A stretch of DNA of 61,370 nt, filler included. It is 7 parts of 7 records of this genome, joined end to end, with 100 filler letters (N's around TTAATTAATTAA, not from the genome) between each part and the next. Parts side by side here need not be neighbours in the genome. Positions count along the whole stretch, not along the records: positions 1 to 22,691 come from SRR20825010_3414; positions 22,792 to 29,253 come from SRR20825010_3424; positions 29,354 to 38,883 come from SRR20825010_3429; 4 more parts are not named here. One strand, given 5' to 3'. The notes under the pieces are model-generated. The model made no database searches, had not been told where the DNA came from, and worked only from the letters and a program-made list of their open reading frames with translations. Of the stretch, positions 21,492 through 30,076 are shown in pieces (within the stretch, counting starts at the first letter, position 1; each line of letters begins with the position of its first letter). The translations under genes were made by a program, and so were the position numbers.

Positions 21492-21717
21492 AGGCCGTTC
21501 CGGAAAGGGTATTGCCAGATACTAACAAGCCGGGGCTGGCTTGCAGTCCTCCCCGAACGCCTTTTGGGGGGCGTAGGTTGCTCCTGGGCTATCGGTTGCT
21601 GAAAACAACACCCAGGATTCCTCACCGCCGCTTTTGCGGCAGTTTTTCCGACAGTCGCGATTGTGGCGCCGTGGGTGCGGCGGGTCGTTGGGCGACTGAC
21701 CGCTTGAATAGTGAGTT

Positions 21718-22047
21718 TCAATCCACGACGAAGAGCTTTGCGCCCCGCTCGGTCGAGGAGCGATGAAGCTCGGCGTTGTCCGCTACCTGATAACTAGAAC
21801 CCGGCTTGAGCACAAAGCAACGACCGTCCTTTAACTCAGTATGGAGCTCACCTTCCAGGCAGAGCAGGATATGCCCTTTGGCGCACCAATGATCAGCCAG
21901 ATAGCCGGGGCTGTACTCGACCATACGAACCCGGATATCGCCGAAAGTGCGGGTCTGCCAATAAGCAACTCCCTGCTCCCCTGTGTGTTCAGTCCTCTCA
22001 ACTTCAGACCAGTCAGTAACCCCAAAGGGTAGATCCCTTATGTCCAA
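21718..22047 (-). CDS. DHCW-motif cupin fold protein
   Basis: RMVEYSPGYLADHWCAKGH; TTG start at 22047 after AAGGAG. Confidence 0.85.
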   Translation of the reverse strand: MDIRDLPFGVTDWSEVERTEHTGEQGVAYWQTRTFGDIRVRMVEYSPGYLADHWCAKGHILLCLEGELHTELKDGRCFVLKPGSSYQVADNAELHRSSTERGAKLFVVD

Positions 22048-22095
22048 TTTGCTTCTCCTTAAGCACATGACGTGAAGCTGTGGGAAAATTATCCG

Positions 22096-22188
22096 GCAAT
22101 AGCGGCTGGGCTTTTGGCTTGAGGCCGCTGGAGGCCAACTTTTTACACCTTTCTAGGCTTGTTTGGTGTAAACCAATTTCCATGTCAC
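22096..22188 (-). pseudogene. Txe/YoeB-family toxin remnant
   Basis: GTG overlapping the antitoxin TGA; VTWKLVYTKQA-stop (TAG 22153-22155), then a frameshift to KKLASSGLKPKAQ-LL, then truncation; left boundary approximate. Confidence 0.8.
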
Positions 22189-22427
22189 CAGTCCAGCTCC
22201 TCATCGCATTCATCCACGGAGTTGTCCATCCCCTCCCGAATAGACTCCCGCATACCTGGTACGGAGAGCAGACAAAGTGATTCCTGAATTGCCGACCAGT
22301 CTTCCTCGGAAACCAGGACGGCTTTGTTCCGCTTACCCATGATAACGATTGGTTGGTGGGACTCGGCAGTCTCGTCGATCAACCGATATAGGTTGTTACG
22401 CGCCTCAGTTGCTGTGATTCCGGTCAT
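22185..22427 (-). CDS. Phd/YefM-family antitoxin
   Basis: MTGITATEARNNLYRLIDETAESHQPIVIMGKRNKAVLVSEEDW...LLSVPGMRESIREG. Confidence 0.9.
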   Translation of the reverse strand: MTGITATEARNNLYRLIDETAESHQPIVIMGKRNKAVLVSEEDWSAIQESLCLLSVPGMRESIREGMDNSVDECDEELDW

Positions 22428-22461
22428 GACGCACCTTTTGTGCATTCAACTTTTAACCAAC

Positions 22462-22483
22462 CGTACGCCTTTGGGTACGTACG
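22462..22483. promoter_or_regulatory. putative TA autoregulatory operator
   Basis: CGTACG 22462-22467 and GGTACGTACG 22474-22483, GTAC-core palindromes just upstream of the antitoxin. Confidence 0.5.
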
Positions 22484-22522
22484 CCAAGACGAACGTCCTG
22501 TATTTCAGTAAGCTCACGCTCA

Positions 22523-22691
22523 TCACGACAACGCCAAAGATATCGCCTGTAAGACGCTCACAACTGTCAGGAACCCACCAATTACGGTAAGCCTTCTGTT
22601 AGAGAGATCGACCCCTTGAATCAGGATAAAGCTACCAACCGCGCCGCTGAAAAAACCTCCACTGAACTGAGAACCACCAACCGCAAAGACA
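22523..22691 (-). CDS. 3' end of a hypothetical membrane protein (cut by contig end)
   Basis: open frame ...VFAVGGSQFSGGFFSGAVGSFILIQGVDLSNRRLTVIGGFLTVVSVLQAISLALS-stop. Confidence 0.45.
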
Positions 22692-22791
22692 NNNNNNNNN
22701 NNNNNNNNNNNNNNNNNNNNNNNNNNNNNNNNNNNTTAATTAATTAANNNNNNNNNNNNNNNNNNNNNNNNNNNNNNNNNNNNNNNNNNNN
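22692..22791. other. artificial contig linker
   Basis: N44-TTAATTAATTAA-N44, stops in all six frames. Confidence 0.99.
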
Positions 22792-22870
22792 GCACTTGCC
22801 GGGCCCTGTTTTTTTGTCCATGATTGAATTAAATAATTGCGCACCAAATTACCGATAAATCGGATGCACC

Positions 22871-23677
22871 ATGTTGAACGAAAATTTCTATGCCACCGTT
22901 GACGGGGTCAGTTTGTCCTGCCAGCGGATCATCCCAACGGATGCAAGACCAGACGCCCCGACCATCATTTTCCTGCACGAAGCTTTGGGCACGATCCGCA
23001 TGTGGCGCGACTTCCCGGCAAAGCTTGCCACCGCGACGCGCCATCCCGTGATTGTCTATGAACGCCGTGGCCATGGCCGGTCTGATCCGCATGCCGATGG
23101 CGATATTCCGCGTGCAATCGACTTTCACAACACCGAAAGCGATGTCTATCTGCATGGTCTGATCACGGAACTCGGGCTGGTTCGCCCGATCCTGTTTGGT
23201 CATAGCGACGGTGCGACCATTGCCCTTAAATATGCTGCGCGCTTTCCAGATAACGTGCGCGCTGTCATTTCCGAAGCAGCCCACGTTTTTGTCGAAGACG
23301 TCACCATTGCTGGCATTAATGACGCCGCATCGATCTATGCCAACACCGATTGGAAAACCAAGTTACAGCGCCATCACTTTGCCCAGACAGATGAGGTGTT
23401 CCGCGCATGGGTCGATACGTGGCGTCAGCCCTCATTTCGCGACTGGAACATGGTCGATGAACTGGCCAACATCACCTGTCCGCTTTTGGTCATTCAGGGC
23501 GATGATGACCAGTTTGGCAGCGATGATCAGGTCCACACCATCTGTGCCAATGTCAGCGGCCCGGTGACAAAAATGCTGATCAAGGAATGCGGCCATATCC
23601 CGCATTTTGATCAACCTGATCAGATCATTGCCGCAACCTTAAAACATCTGGGACTTGATGAACTGACAACGGCATAA
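22871..23677 (+). CDS. alpha/beta hydrolase
   Basis: FLHEALG, nucleophile elbow GHSDG, IQGDDD, CGHIPH. Confidence 0.9.
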   Translation: MLNENFYATVDGVSLSCQRIIPTDARPDAPTIIFLHEALGTIRMWRDFPAKLATATRHPVIVYERRGHGRSDPHADGDIPRAIDFHNTESDVYLHGLITELGLVRPILFGHSDGATIALKYAARFPDNVRAVISEAAHVFVEDVTIAGINDAASIYANTDWKTKLQRHHFAQTDEVFRAWVDTWRQPSFRDWNMVDELANITCPLLVIQGDDDQFGSDDQVHTICANVSGPVTKMLIKECGHIPHFDQPDQIIAATLKHLGLDELTTA

Positions 23678-23698
23678 TTCATCACCCGCCTCCCATCA

Positions 23699-23733
23699 AA
23701 AAGCCCCGACCGCATGATGCAGCCGGGGCTTTT
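23699..23733. terminator. bidirectional terminator between hydrolase and ahpD
   Basis: AAAAGCCCCG...CGGGGCTTTT between convergent genes. Confidence 0.75.
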
Positions 23734-23765
23734 CACTGTGGGCATCTGCCCTAAATTCTGGTGGC

Positions 23766-24302
23766 TTATTCTGCCAATGCGTCTTCGGCGTCAATGACGA
23801 CAGCAACCGCGTGAATGATTGATGCGATACGGATCGCGTTCTGGATCGTTTCTTTTTTCACACCGGCACCTTTGAGAACCTTGTCATGGCTGTCAATGCA
23901 CATGCCACAGCCATTGATCGCCGAAACGGCAATCGAAAACAGCTCGAAATCGGCTTTATCAATGCCCGGTTTGCCGATGATGTTCATCCGCAGGCGCGCT
24001 GGCATCGACCCGTATTCAGGGTCCGAGACCAGATGCACGAACCGGTAATAGATATTGTTCATGCCCATGATCGCCGCCGCCCCCTTGGCGGCTTCGATGG
24101 CTTCTTCGGAAAGCTTGGCCTTGGCTTCGGCGGCAACCGCCTTGATCAATTTGGCGTTGCGCGATGCGAAGGCACAGGCAAGGGCGGTGCCGTAAACTTG
24201 CTGGTCGGTCATGCCCGGATTGTTCGCCATGCTTGACAGGTTCAGTTTCAGATCCTTGGCATAGGCTGGCATTGCGTCTTTGATTTCGACGATCGACGTC
24301 AT
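23766..24302 (-). CDS. ahpD: alkyl hydroperoxide reductase AhpD
   Basis: YAKDLKLNLSS, MGMNNIYYRF, SAINGCGMCIDSH (CxxC); start at MTSIVEIK. Confidence 0.92.
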   Translation of the reverse strand: MTSIVEIKDAMPAYAKDLKLNLSSMANNPGMTDQQVYGTALACAFASRNAKLIKAVAAEAKAKLSEEAIEAAKGAAAIMGMNNIYYRFVHLVSDPEYGSMPARLRMNIIGKPGIDKADFELFSIAVSAINGCGMCIDSHDKVLKGAGVKKETIQNAIRIASIIHAVAVVIDAEDALAE

Positions 24303-24394
24303 TGGTTCATCCCCTGAATTTTCCGATGGGCGGAAATCGGGACCGGGCGCAGGCCCGATCCCGAAGTCATCTGGCTTAAATCGCAAACAGCGAC

Positions 24395-24922
24395 TTAAAG
24401 GGTTTCGTCACCCTGGGTCCAGTTGCACGGGCAGAGCTCGTCGGTCTGCAGCGCATCAAGGATACGCAGTGCTTCTTGCGGGTTACGACCAACGTTAAGG
24501 TCGTTTACCTGTACGTGGCGGATGATGTTGTCCGGATCCACGATGAAGGTCGCACGCAGCGCAACACCGGCGTCTTTCGCCAGAACACCAAGAGCGGTTG
24601 AGAGTTCTTTTTTCTCGTCAGCCAGCCATACGAACGGGCTGTCGCCCAGATCTTCATGGTGGGTGCGCCATGCAGCATGCACGAAATCGGTATCGGTCGA
24701 GCAGCCCAGAAGAACCGCATCACGGTCTTCAAAATCACCATTCAACTCGCCATAACCAACAATCTCGGTCGGGCAGACAAAGGTAAAATCTTTCGGCCAG
24801 AAGAACAGGATCTTCCATTTACCTTCATAGGATTTGTCGGTCACCGGTGCAAAGCTGTCCGGGGATTTACCCGAAACACCAGTCAGATTAAATTCAGGAA
24901 GCGTATCACCAACGGTAAGCAT
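24395..24922 (-). CDS. ahpC: peroxiredoxin AhpC
   Basis: WPKDFTFVCPTE, GRNPQE, C-terminal LCPCNW; start at MLTVGD after GGAG. Confidence 0.93.
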   Translation of the reverse strand: MLTVGDTLPEFNLTGVSGKSPDSFAPVTDKSYEGKWKILFFWPKDFTFVCPTEIVGYGELNGDFEDRDAVLLGCSTDTDFVHAAWRTHHEDLGDSPFVWLADEKKELSTALGVLAKDAGVALRATFIVDPDNIIRHVQVNDLNVGRNPQEALRILDALQTDELCPCNWTQGDETL

Positions 24923-25055
24923 TGTTTTGGTTACTCCATAACCCAGTTTAAAATCCCGATCCACGGCCCCCGACAGGCCGCTTGCTCTTTGTGTGCAAGT
25001 GCAAAAAATTCACTCACTGCTGGCGATTTGTAGTGAAATGGACTAACTAAGACAA

Positions 25056-25092
25056 ATAGATAAAACCTCACTTTGTGATAGGAAAAATTTAT
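25056..25092. promoter_or_regulatory. OxyR binding site between ahpC and oxyR
   Basis: ATAG-N7-CTCA-N7-ATAG-N7-TTAT vs consensus ATAG-N7-CTAT-N7-ATAG-N7-CTAT; overlaps the oxyR start. Confidence 0.8.
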
Positions 25093-26014
25093 GGTCGCAC
25101 AACCAAGCATCAAGCAACTCAAATACTTGGTTGCCTTGGCTGAATGTGGCCATTTTGGCCGTGCTGCTGAATCCTGCTTTATCACACAGCCCAGCCTTTC
25201 GGCTGCCATCAACGAACTTGAAAACCTGCTTGGTGCGCAGCTTGTCGAACGCAATAAGCGACAAGTCCTGATCACACCATTGGGCGAAGATGTCGTCTCG
25301 CGGGCGCGAAGTATCCTTCAGGAAGTCGATGAACTGACCACCATGGCACAGGCTGCCACCGAACCCTTGTCTGGTCCGATCCACATTGGTGTGATCCCGA
25401 CAATCGGTCCGTATCTTTTGCCAGATGTCATGATGCAGGTTAAATCGGGTTTCCCGAAACTCCAGCCGTTCCTGCGCGAAGACCAGACCAGCAAACTGAT
25501 CGAACTTCTGGCGGCCGGCAAACTTGATCTGGCCCTGATTGCCCTGCCAATCGAAGAAAACTGGCTCGAAGAATTTGATCTGTTTGAAGACAAATTCGTC
25601 TTTGCATGCAGCCCGGACAATCCGCTGACGAAAAAGCGCCACCTTGAAATCGCTGATATCAAGGATGAAAAACTTTTGCTGCTGGAAGACGGCCATTGCC
25701 TGCGCGATCAGGCCCTTGAAGTCTGTCAAAAAGCCGGCTGGAGCAAGTCCGCCGATTTTCAGGCCAACAGCCTTTCAACCCTTGTTCAGATGGTGGCCGC
25801 TGGCGTTGGTTCGACCCTGCTGCCTGAAATGTCGCTGGAAGTCGAAGCCCGCCGCCCGGATCTTTTGAAAATCATACCTTTTGAAAACCCGGTTCCAATC
25901 CGCCGCATCGGCATGGTCTGGCGCCGCAGTTCCGCCCGAAAGCGTGAATATCGTCAATTGGCAAGCCATTTACGGGATCGTCTTTCGCCAAACCAGCAGG
26001 CTGAAGTCGCCTGA
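25091..26014 (+). CDS. oxyR: hydrogen peroxide-sensing LysR regulator OxyR
   Basis: LysR HTH; LLEDGHCLRDQALEVC with both redox Cys; divergent from ahpC. Confidence 0.93.
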   Translation: MVAQPSIKQLKYLVALAECGHFGRAAESCFITQPSLSAAINELENLLGAQLVERNKRQVLITPLGEDVVSRARSILQEVDELTTMAQAATEPLSGPIHIGVIPTIGPYLLPDVMMQVKSGFPKLQPFLREDQTSKLIELLAAGKLDLALIALPIEENWLEEFDLFEDKFVFACSPDNPLTKKRHLEIADIKDEKLLLLEDGHCLRDQALEVCQKAGWSKSADFQANSLSTLVQMVAAGVGSTLLPEMSLEVEARRPDLLKIIPFENPVPIRRIGMVWRRSSARKREYRQLASHLRDRLSPNQQAEVA

Positions 26015-26078
26015 TCGCTGGTAAGGTAAAACAAGACAAGCACCCTATTCCCGCACATAAGGACCGGGCACAGCGCCG

Positions 26079-27053
26079 ATGTTACCGATCAAGGATAACA
26101 ACCCGACCACCATCACCCCATGGGTGACCTATGCCATCATTGCGATCAATGTTGTGGTTTTCCTTGGAACCGCAACCCTTGATCCGCAATCTGCGCGCTT
26201 GATGAACATACAATATGGCGCCATCCCGGCCGTGCTGTTTGGTCATGCAGATCTTCCACCTGAGTTATCCCCCTTCCCTGCCGGATTTAGCTTCCTGTCG
26301 ATTTTCTCGGCCATGTTCATGCATGGCGGCTGGATGCATCTTGGCGGCAACATGCTGTATCTTTGGGTGTTTGGAAATAACGTCGAAGACGCGATGGGGC
26401 ATTTCCGGTTTTTGATGTTTTATCTGATTTGCGGTGTTGCGGCGGCCCTTGGTCATGGCCTGCTCGATACCCAGTCACAACTGCCCATGATCGGCGCATC
26501 GGGCGCCCTTGCCGGGGTATTGGGTGCGTATTTCCTGCTTTATCCCAAGGCCCGCATTCTTGTCTGGTTCTTCTGGGTGTTCATTTTCTATGTGCCTGCG
26601 GTTTTTGTTCTGGGTTTTTGGTTTGTCACGCAAATCATCAATTTTGGCAGTGGTGCCCAGGATGGCATTGCCTGGGTCGCCCATATTGCCGGTTTCATCG
26701 CCGGCATGGCCCTGATCCCGCTGTTCAAGCATCGCAAGATTCCGCTTTGGCATGATGGATCGCCCGAACGCGCCTTTGGCATTTACCGCCCCGGTCGTAG
26801 GTCACGCGACACAGGTACTGCATCAAACGTCCCGCCATGGGCTGCAGCCTATGAGGCCGAACGTATTGCCAAACATGCAAGAATGCGCCGCAATCAACGC
26901 GGGCCGTGGGGCAAGGAAGGTGCAAACGCCGACAAATCCCCATGGGGCCGTTATCAAACCCCGGATACCGCCCCGAAACCGTCGAAAAAACCGTCGGTCG
27001 GTGTGCCACAAGTTGTTCGCTTGCATCCAGACCAAAACAACGACGATACTTAG
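26079..27053 (+). CDS. rhomboid intramembrane serine protease with long C-terminal tail
   Basis: [22 protein letters not shown] (Ser), AHIAG (His). Confidence 0.9.
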   Translation: MLPIKDNNPTTITPWVTYAIIAINVVVFLGTATLDPQSARLMNIQYGAIPAVLFGHADLPPELSPFPAGFSFLSIFSAMFMHGGWMHLGGNMLYLWVFGNNVEDAMGHFRFLMFYLICGVAAALGHGLLDTQSQLPMIGASGALAGVLGAYFLLYPKARILVWFFWVFIFYVPAVFVLGFWFVTQIINFGSGAQDGIAWVAHIAGFIAGMALIPLFKHRKIPLWHDGSPERAFGIYRPGRRSRDTGTASNVPPWAAAYEAERIAKHARMRRNQRGPWGKEGANADKSPWGRYQTPDTAPKPSKKPSVGVPQVVRLHPDQNNDDT

Positions 27054-27100
27054 GCTCAAACCCTATCAACGAAAATCAGAACCGCCCCGGAGGACCCCCA

Positions 27101-28141
27101 ATGCGCGCTGCTTATTTCACCGAATATCAGGGGCCGATTGACGTTCAGAATGTTGCTGACCCGACCCCGGAAAATGGCGGTGTTGTGATCAAGGTCGGCG
27201 CGACCGGACTGTGCCGAAGCGACTGGCATGGCTGGATGGGGCATGATTCCGATGTGCAATTGCCTCATGTGCCGGGCCATGAATTTGCCGGAACTGTTGT
27301 TGGCGTAGGCAAGGATATCAAACGCTGGAAAGAGGGTGATCGGGTAACCGTCCCGTTTGTATCAGGCTGCGGTCATTGCCCGGAATGCCATTCCGGCAAT
27401 CATCAGGTCTGCGACCATCAATTCCAGCCGGGCTTTACCCATTGGGGCAGTTTTGCGGAATATGTCGCGATTGATTATGCCGACACCAATCTTGTCCGCC
27501 TGCCCGATGACATGGAATTCGCAACGGCCGCAAGCCTTGGCTGCCGGTTCGCCACCAGTTTCCGGGGTGTGATTGATCAGGGCAAAGTTACCGCTGGTCA
27601 AATGGTTGCTGTGCATGGCGCGGGCGGGGTTGGACTGTCGGCCATCATGATTGCTGCGGCTGCCGGGGCTTATGTCATCGCGGTTGATATTGATGATGCC
27701 AAGCTGGAATTTGCCAAGGAACTTGGTGCCAATGCCGTCATAAACGCGCGTAACATCGATGATATCCCGACCGCGATCAAGGACATCAACCGGGGTGGGG
27801 TCCATGTATCGGTTGATGCCCTTGGCAGTGCCCAGACCTGCTTTAACTCGGTTGCCTGTTTGCGCAAACGCGGCAAGCATATCCAGATCGGCCTTATGAC
27901 CGGCGATCATGCCCATGCGGCTGTCCCGATGGACCGCGTGGTGGCCCATGAACTTGAAATTCTGGGCAGTCACGGCATGCAGGCGTTTCGCTATGACGCC
28001 ATGATCGACATGATCATGACCGGCAAACTTAGCCCGCAAAAACTGATCAATGATCGCGTGACACTTGCCGAAGGTGCCACAGCACTCATGAGCATGGGGC
28101 ATTTCACCGGAACCGGCGTGACCGTTATTGATCGGTTCTGA
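27101..28141 (+). CDS. zinc-dependent alcohol dehydrogenase family protein
   Basis: [29 protein letters not shown] 27101 after GGAGGA. Confidence 0.92.
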   Translation: MRAAYFTEYQGPIDVQNVADPTPENGGVVIKVGATGLCRSDWHGWMGHDSDVQLPHVPGHEFAGTVVGVGKDIKRWKEGDRVTVPFVSGCGHCPECHSGNHQVCDHQFQPGFTHWGSFAEYVAIDYADTNLVRLPDDMEFATAASLGCRFATSFRGVIDQGKVTAGQMVAVHGAGGVGLSAIMIAAAAGAYVIAVDIDDAKLEFAKELGANAVINARNIDDIPTAIKDINRGGVHVSVDALGSAQTCFNSVACLRKRGKHIQIGLMTGDHAHAAVPMDRVVAHELEILGSHGMQAFRYDAMIDMIMTGKLSPQKLINDRVTLAEGATALMSMGHFTGTGVTVIDRF

Positions 28142-28144
28142 TCC

Positions 28145-28657
28145 ATGCTGGCAGGTATTTCATTCCACCCGAAAGACAAGATCGATGATCTGTTTTCCGC
28201 CATTGCCGAAAAGTTCACATCAGACGGAAAAACCGTCGCCGGTTACGTTCAAAAACGCCGCAAGGACCGCGACTGCGGAACCCTTGTTTATGTCCGTAAT
28301 TTACGCTCCGGCGATGAAATGCCCATCACCAAAAACCGTGGTGCACTGGCAACGGGCTGCAAACTGGACGGTGATGCCTTGTCATCGCTCTCCGAACAGC
28401 TTGCCCAGGATATCGAAGCAGGCAGTGATCTTTTAATCGTTGCCCGCTTTGGCCGGTCCGAGGCCGAAGGACGCGGTTTGCGCGATGTGATTTCGCGCGC
28501 GATGGATCTCGACATTCCGGTTCTGGTCGGGGTGCGGGATGAATATGCCGATGCCTGGAACGCGTTCCATGGCGGCATCGCAGATAGCTTACCGCTTGAC
28601 CCGGAACAGATCATGGCATGGCTGGAAAGCAATTTGGTCGTCACTGAAAATGCCTGA
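28145..28657 (+). CDS. DUF2478-like protein
   Basis: GCKLD, DLLIVARFGRSEAEGRG, IPVLVGV...AWNAF. Confidence 0.75.
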   Translation: MLAGISFHPKDKIDDLFSAIAEKFTSDGKTVAGYVQKRRKDRDCGTLVYVRNLRSGDEMPITKNRGALATGCKLDGDALSSLSEQLAQDIEAGSDLLIVARFGRSEAEGRGLRDVISRAMDLDIPVLVGVRDEYADAWNAFHGGIADSLPLDPEQIMAWLESNLVVTENA

Positions 28658-28677
28658 TGGCGACAGATGATATCTGA

Positions 28678-29253
28678 TCAGTCACCAAGGCCAAAGTTAA
28701 CCGGTGCGCGGTCCTTGACCAGAACCTTGGCCGCGAACTTTTCAAACCAAGCACCAAATGCCGCGTCATGTTTGGCCCGGCCTGCCCGCTGAAGGTCCGG
28801 GCCCTGCCCGTTCGGTCGGTCGGTTTTATCCGCAGAATTAGATAACCAGCGTTCATGCGCCTCGTCATCGACTTCCGGGTGGAACTGAATGCCCCAGATG
28901 CGCTGATCAATGTGATAGGCCTGATGGGGGAATGTCGGGCCGGTCGCAACCAGTTCCGCCCCGTCTGGCACATCGAACCCTTCGCTATGCCAATGATAGA
29001 CCATCATTTCGCCCGGGAATAAATCACGCCCTGCCTCGGTCGCCTGAACCGGGTAATAGCCGATCTCGGTCATGCCATCGGGATGGGGGGTTACAGATGC
29101 CCCTAAATGCCGCGCCATCATTTGCGCGCCAAGGCAAATGCCAAGATACATCGCATCACTGGCAACCACCTTGGGCAACCAGTCCATGATCGCCTGAACA
29201 TTGTCCAGATGGTCGTCATTGGCACTCATCGGGCCGCCAAACACAATCGCCAG
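28678..29253 (-). CDS. class I glutamine amidotransferase, 5' end missing
   Basis: FGGPMS, LGICLGAQ, HWHSEGF, GIQFHPE. Confidence 0.88.
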   Translation of the reverse strand: MAIVFGGPMSANDDHLDNVQAIMDWLPKVVASDAMYLGICLGAQMMARHLGASVTPHPDGMTEIGYYPVQATEAGRDLFPGEMMVYHWHSEGFDVPDGAELVATGPTFPHQAYHIDQRIWGIQFHPEVDDEAHERWLSNSADKTDRPNGQGPDLQRAGRAKHDAAFGAWFEKFAAKVLVKDRAPVNFGLGD

Positions 29254-29353
29254 NNNNNNNNNNNNNNNNNNNNNNNNNNNNNNNNNNNNNNNNNNNNTTA
29301 ATTAATTAANNNNNNNNNNNNNNNNNNNNNNNNNNNNNNNNNNNNNNNNNNNN
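29254..29353. other. artificial contig linker
   Basis: N44-TTAATTAATTAA-N44. Confidence 0.99.
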
Positions 29354-29486
29354 CGTCGACTGGTACATGGACGGCAAGATCGACATCGACAGCCTGATCA
29401 CCCACACCATGCCGCTGGAAGACATCAACAAGGGCTTCGACCTGATGCATGCAGGCGAAAGCATCCGCAGCGTGGTGGTGTACTAG
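29354..29486 (+). CDS. frmA: 3' end of a class III alcohol dehydrogenase
   Basis: VDWYMDGKIDIDSLITHTMPLEDINKGFDLMHAGESIRSVVVY-stop. Confidence 0.88.
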
Positions 29487-29509
29487 GGCGCGCGCGCCTC
29501 CCCAAGTTC

Positions 29510-29590
29510 GTCTTCCCGGACCCCGATCCGGGACCTTTCGAGGAGTTCGCTCCACGTTCGACAAGGTCCCGGATCGGGGTCCGGGATGAC
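29510..29590. repeat. REP/RPE-like palindromic element
   Basis: GTCTTCCCGGACCCCGATCCGGGACCTT ... AAGGTCCCGGATCGGGGTCCGGGATGAC; 28-bp arms with one mismatch, each arm itself a hairpin. Confidence 0.85.
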
Positions 29591-29616
29591 ATCTTGGATG
29601 GGACGACACGTCCCCT

Positions 29617-29970
29617 TCAGATATGGTCTTTTTGCGCAGCCGTTTCCGCATCGCCCGTGTTCGGCAGGCCTGCCGGTTCGATCAGCAGCAGATGGGCTTC
29701 TTCCTCGGCGACCGGGCGGTGCTTGACGCCGCGCGGGACGACATAGAGTTCGCCCGGATTGAGCGTGACATTGCCCTGCTCGGTCTCGATCCGGATGGAG
29801 CCTTTCAGGACGAGGAAGAAATCGTCGCTGTCGGCATGGTCGTGCCAGTTGAATGCGCCTTTTACCTTCACGACCATGATGTCGTGGCCGTTGAAGCCGG
29901 AGACGATTTTTGGCGACCAGTGGTCGGTGAATTTGGTGAGTTTCTCAGCGAGATTAATCGCTTGAGGCAT
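29617..29970 (-). CDS. cupin domain protein
   Basis: DHWSPKIV, WHDHADSDDFFLVLKG, VVPRGVKHRPVA, NTG; start at MPQAINL. Confidence 0.88.
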   Translation of the reverse strand: MPQAINLAEKLTKFTDHWSPKIVSGFNGHDIMVVKVKGAFNWHDHADSDDFFLVLKGSIRIETEQGNVTLNPGELYVVPRGVKHRPVAEEEAHLLLIEPAGLPNTGDAETAAQKDHI

Positions 29971-30076
29971 CGGTTTCTCCAGTTTTTCCAGGGGTACAAG
30001 CCTTGGCAAAATGGCGCGGTGGAGAACGCCAACGGCAGGCTGCGCCGGGATGAGGGAACGTCGCCGTATCAATCCC

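Noticed and set aside
22736-22747. Recurring TTAATTAATTAA as a biological repeat or CRISPR-like array
   Set aside because: Always centred in N runs; a synthetic six-frame stop linker
29354-29486. Joining this frmA 3' end to the frmA 5' part at 1-942
   Set aside because: Different contigs from apparently different classes; two independent orthologues
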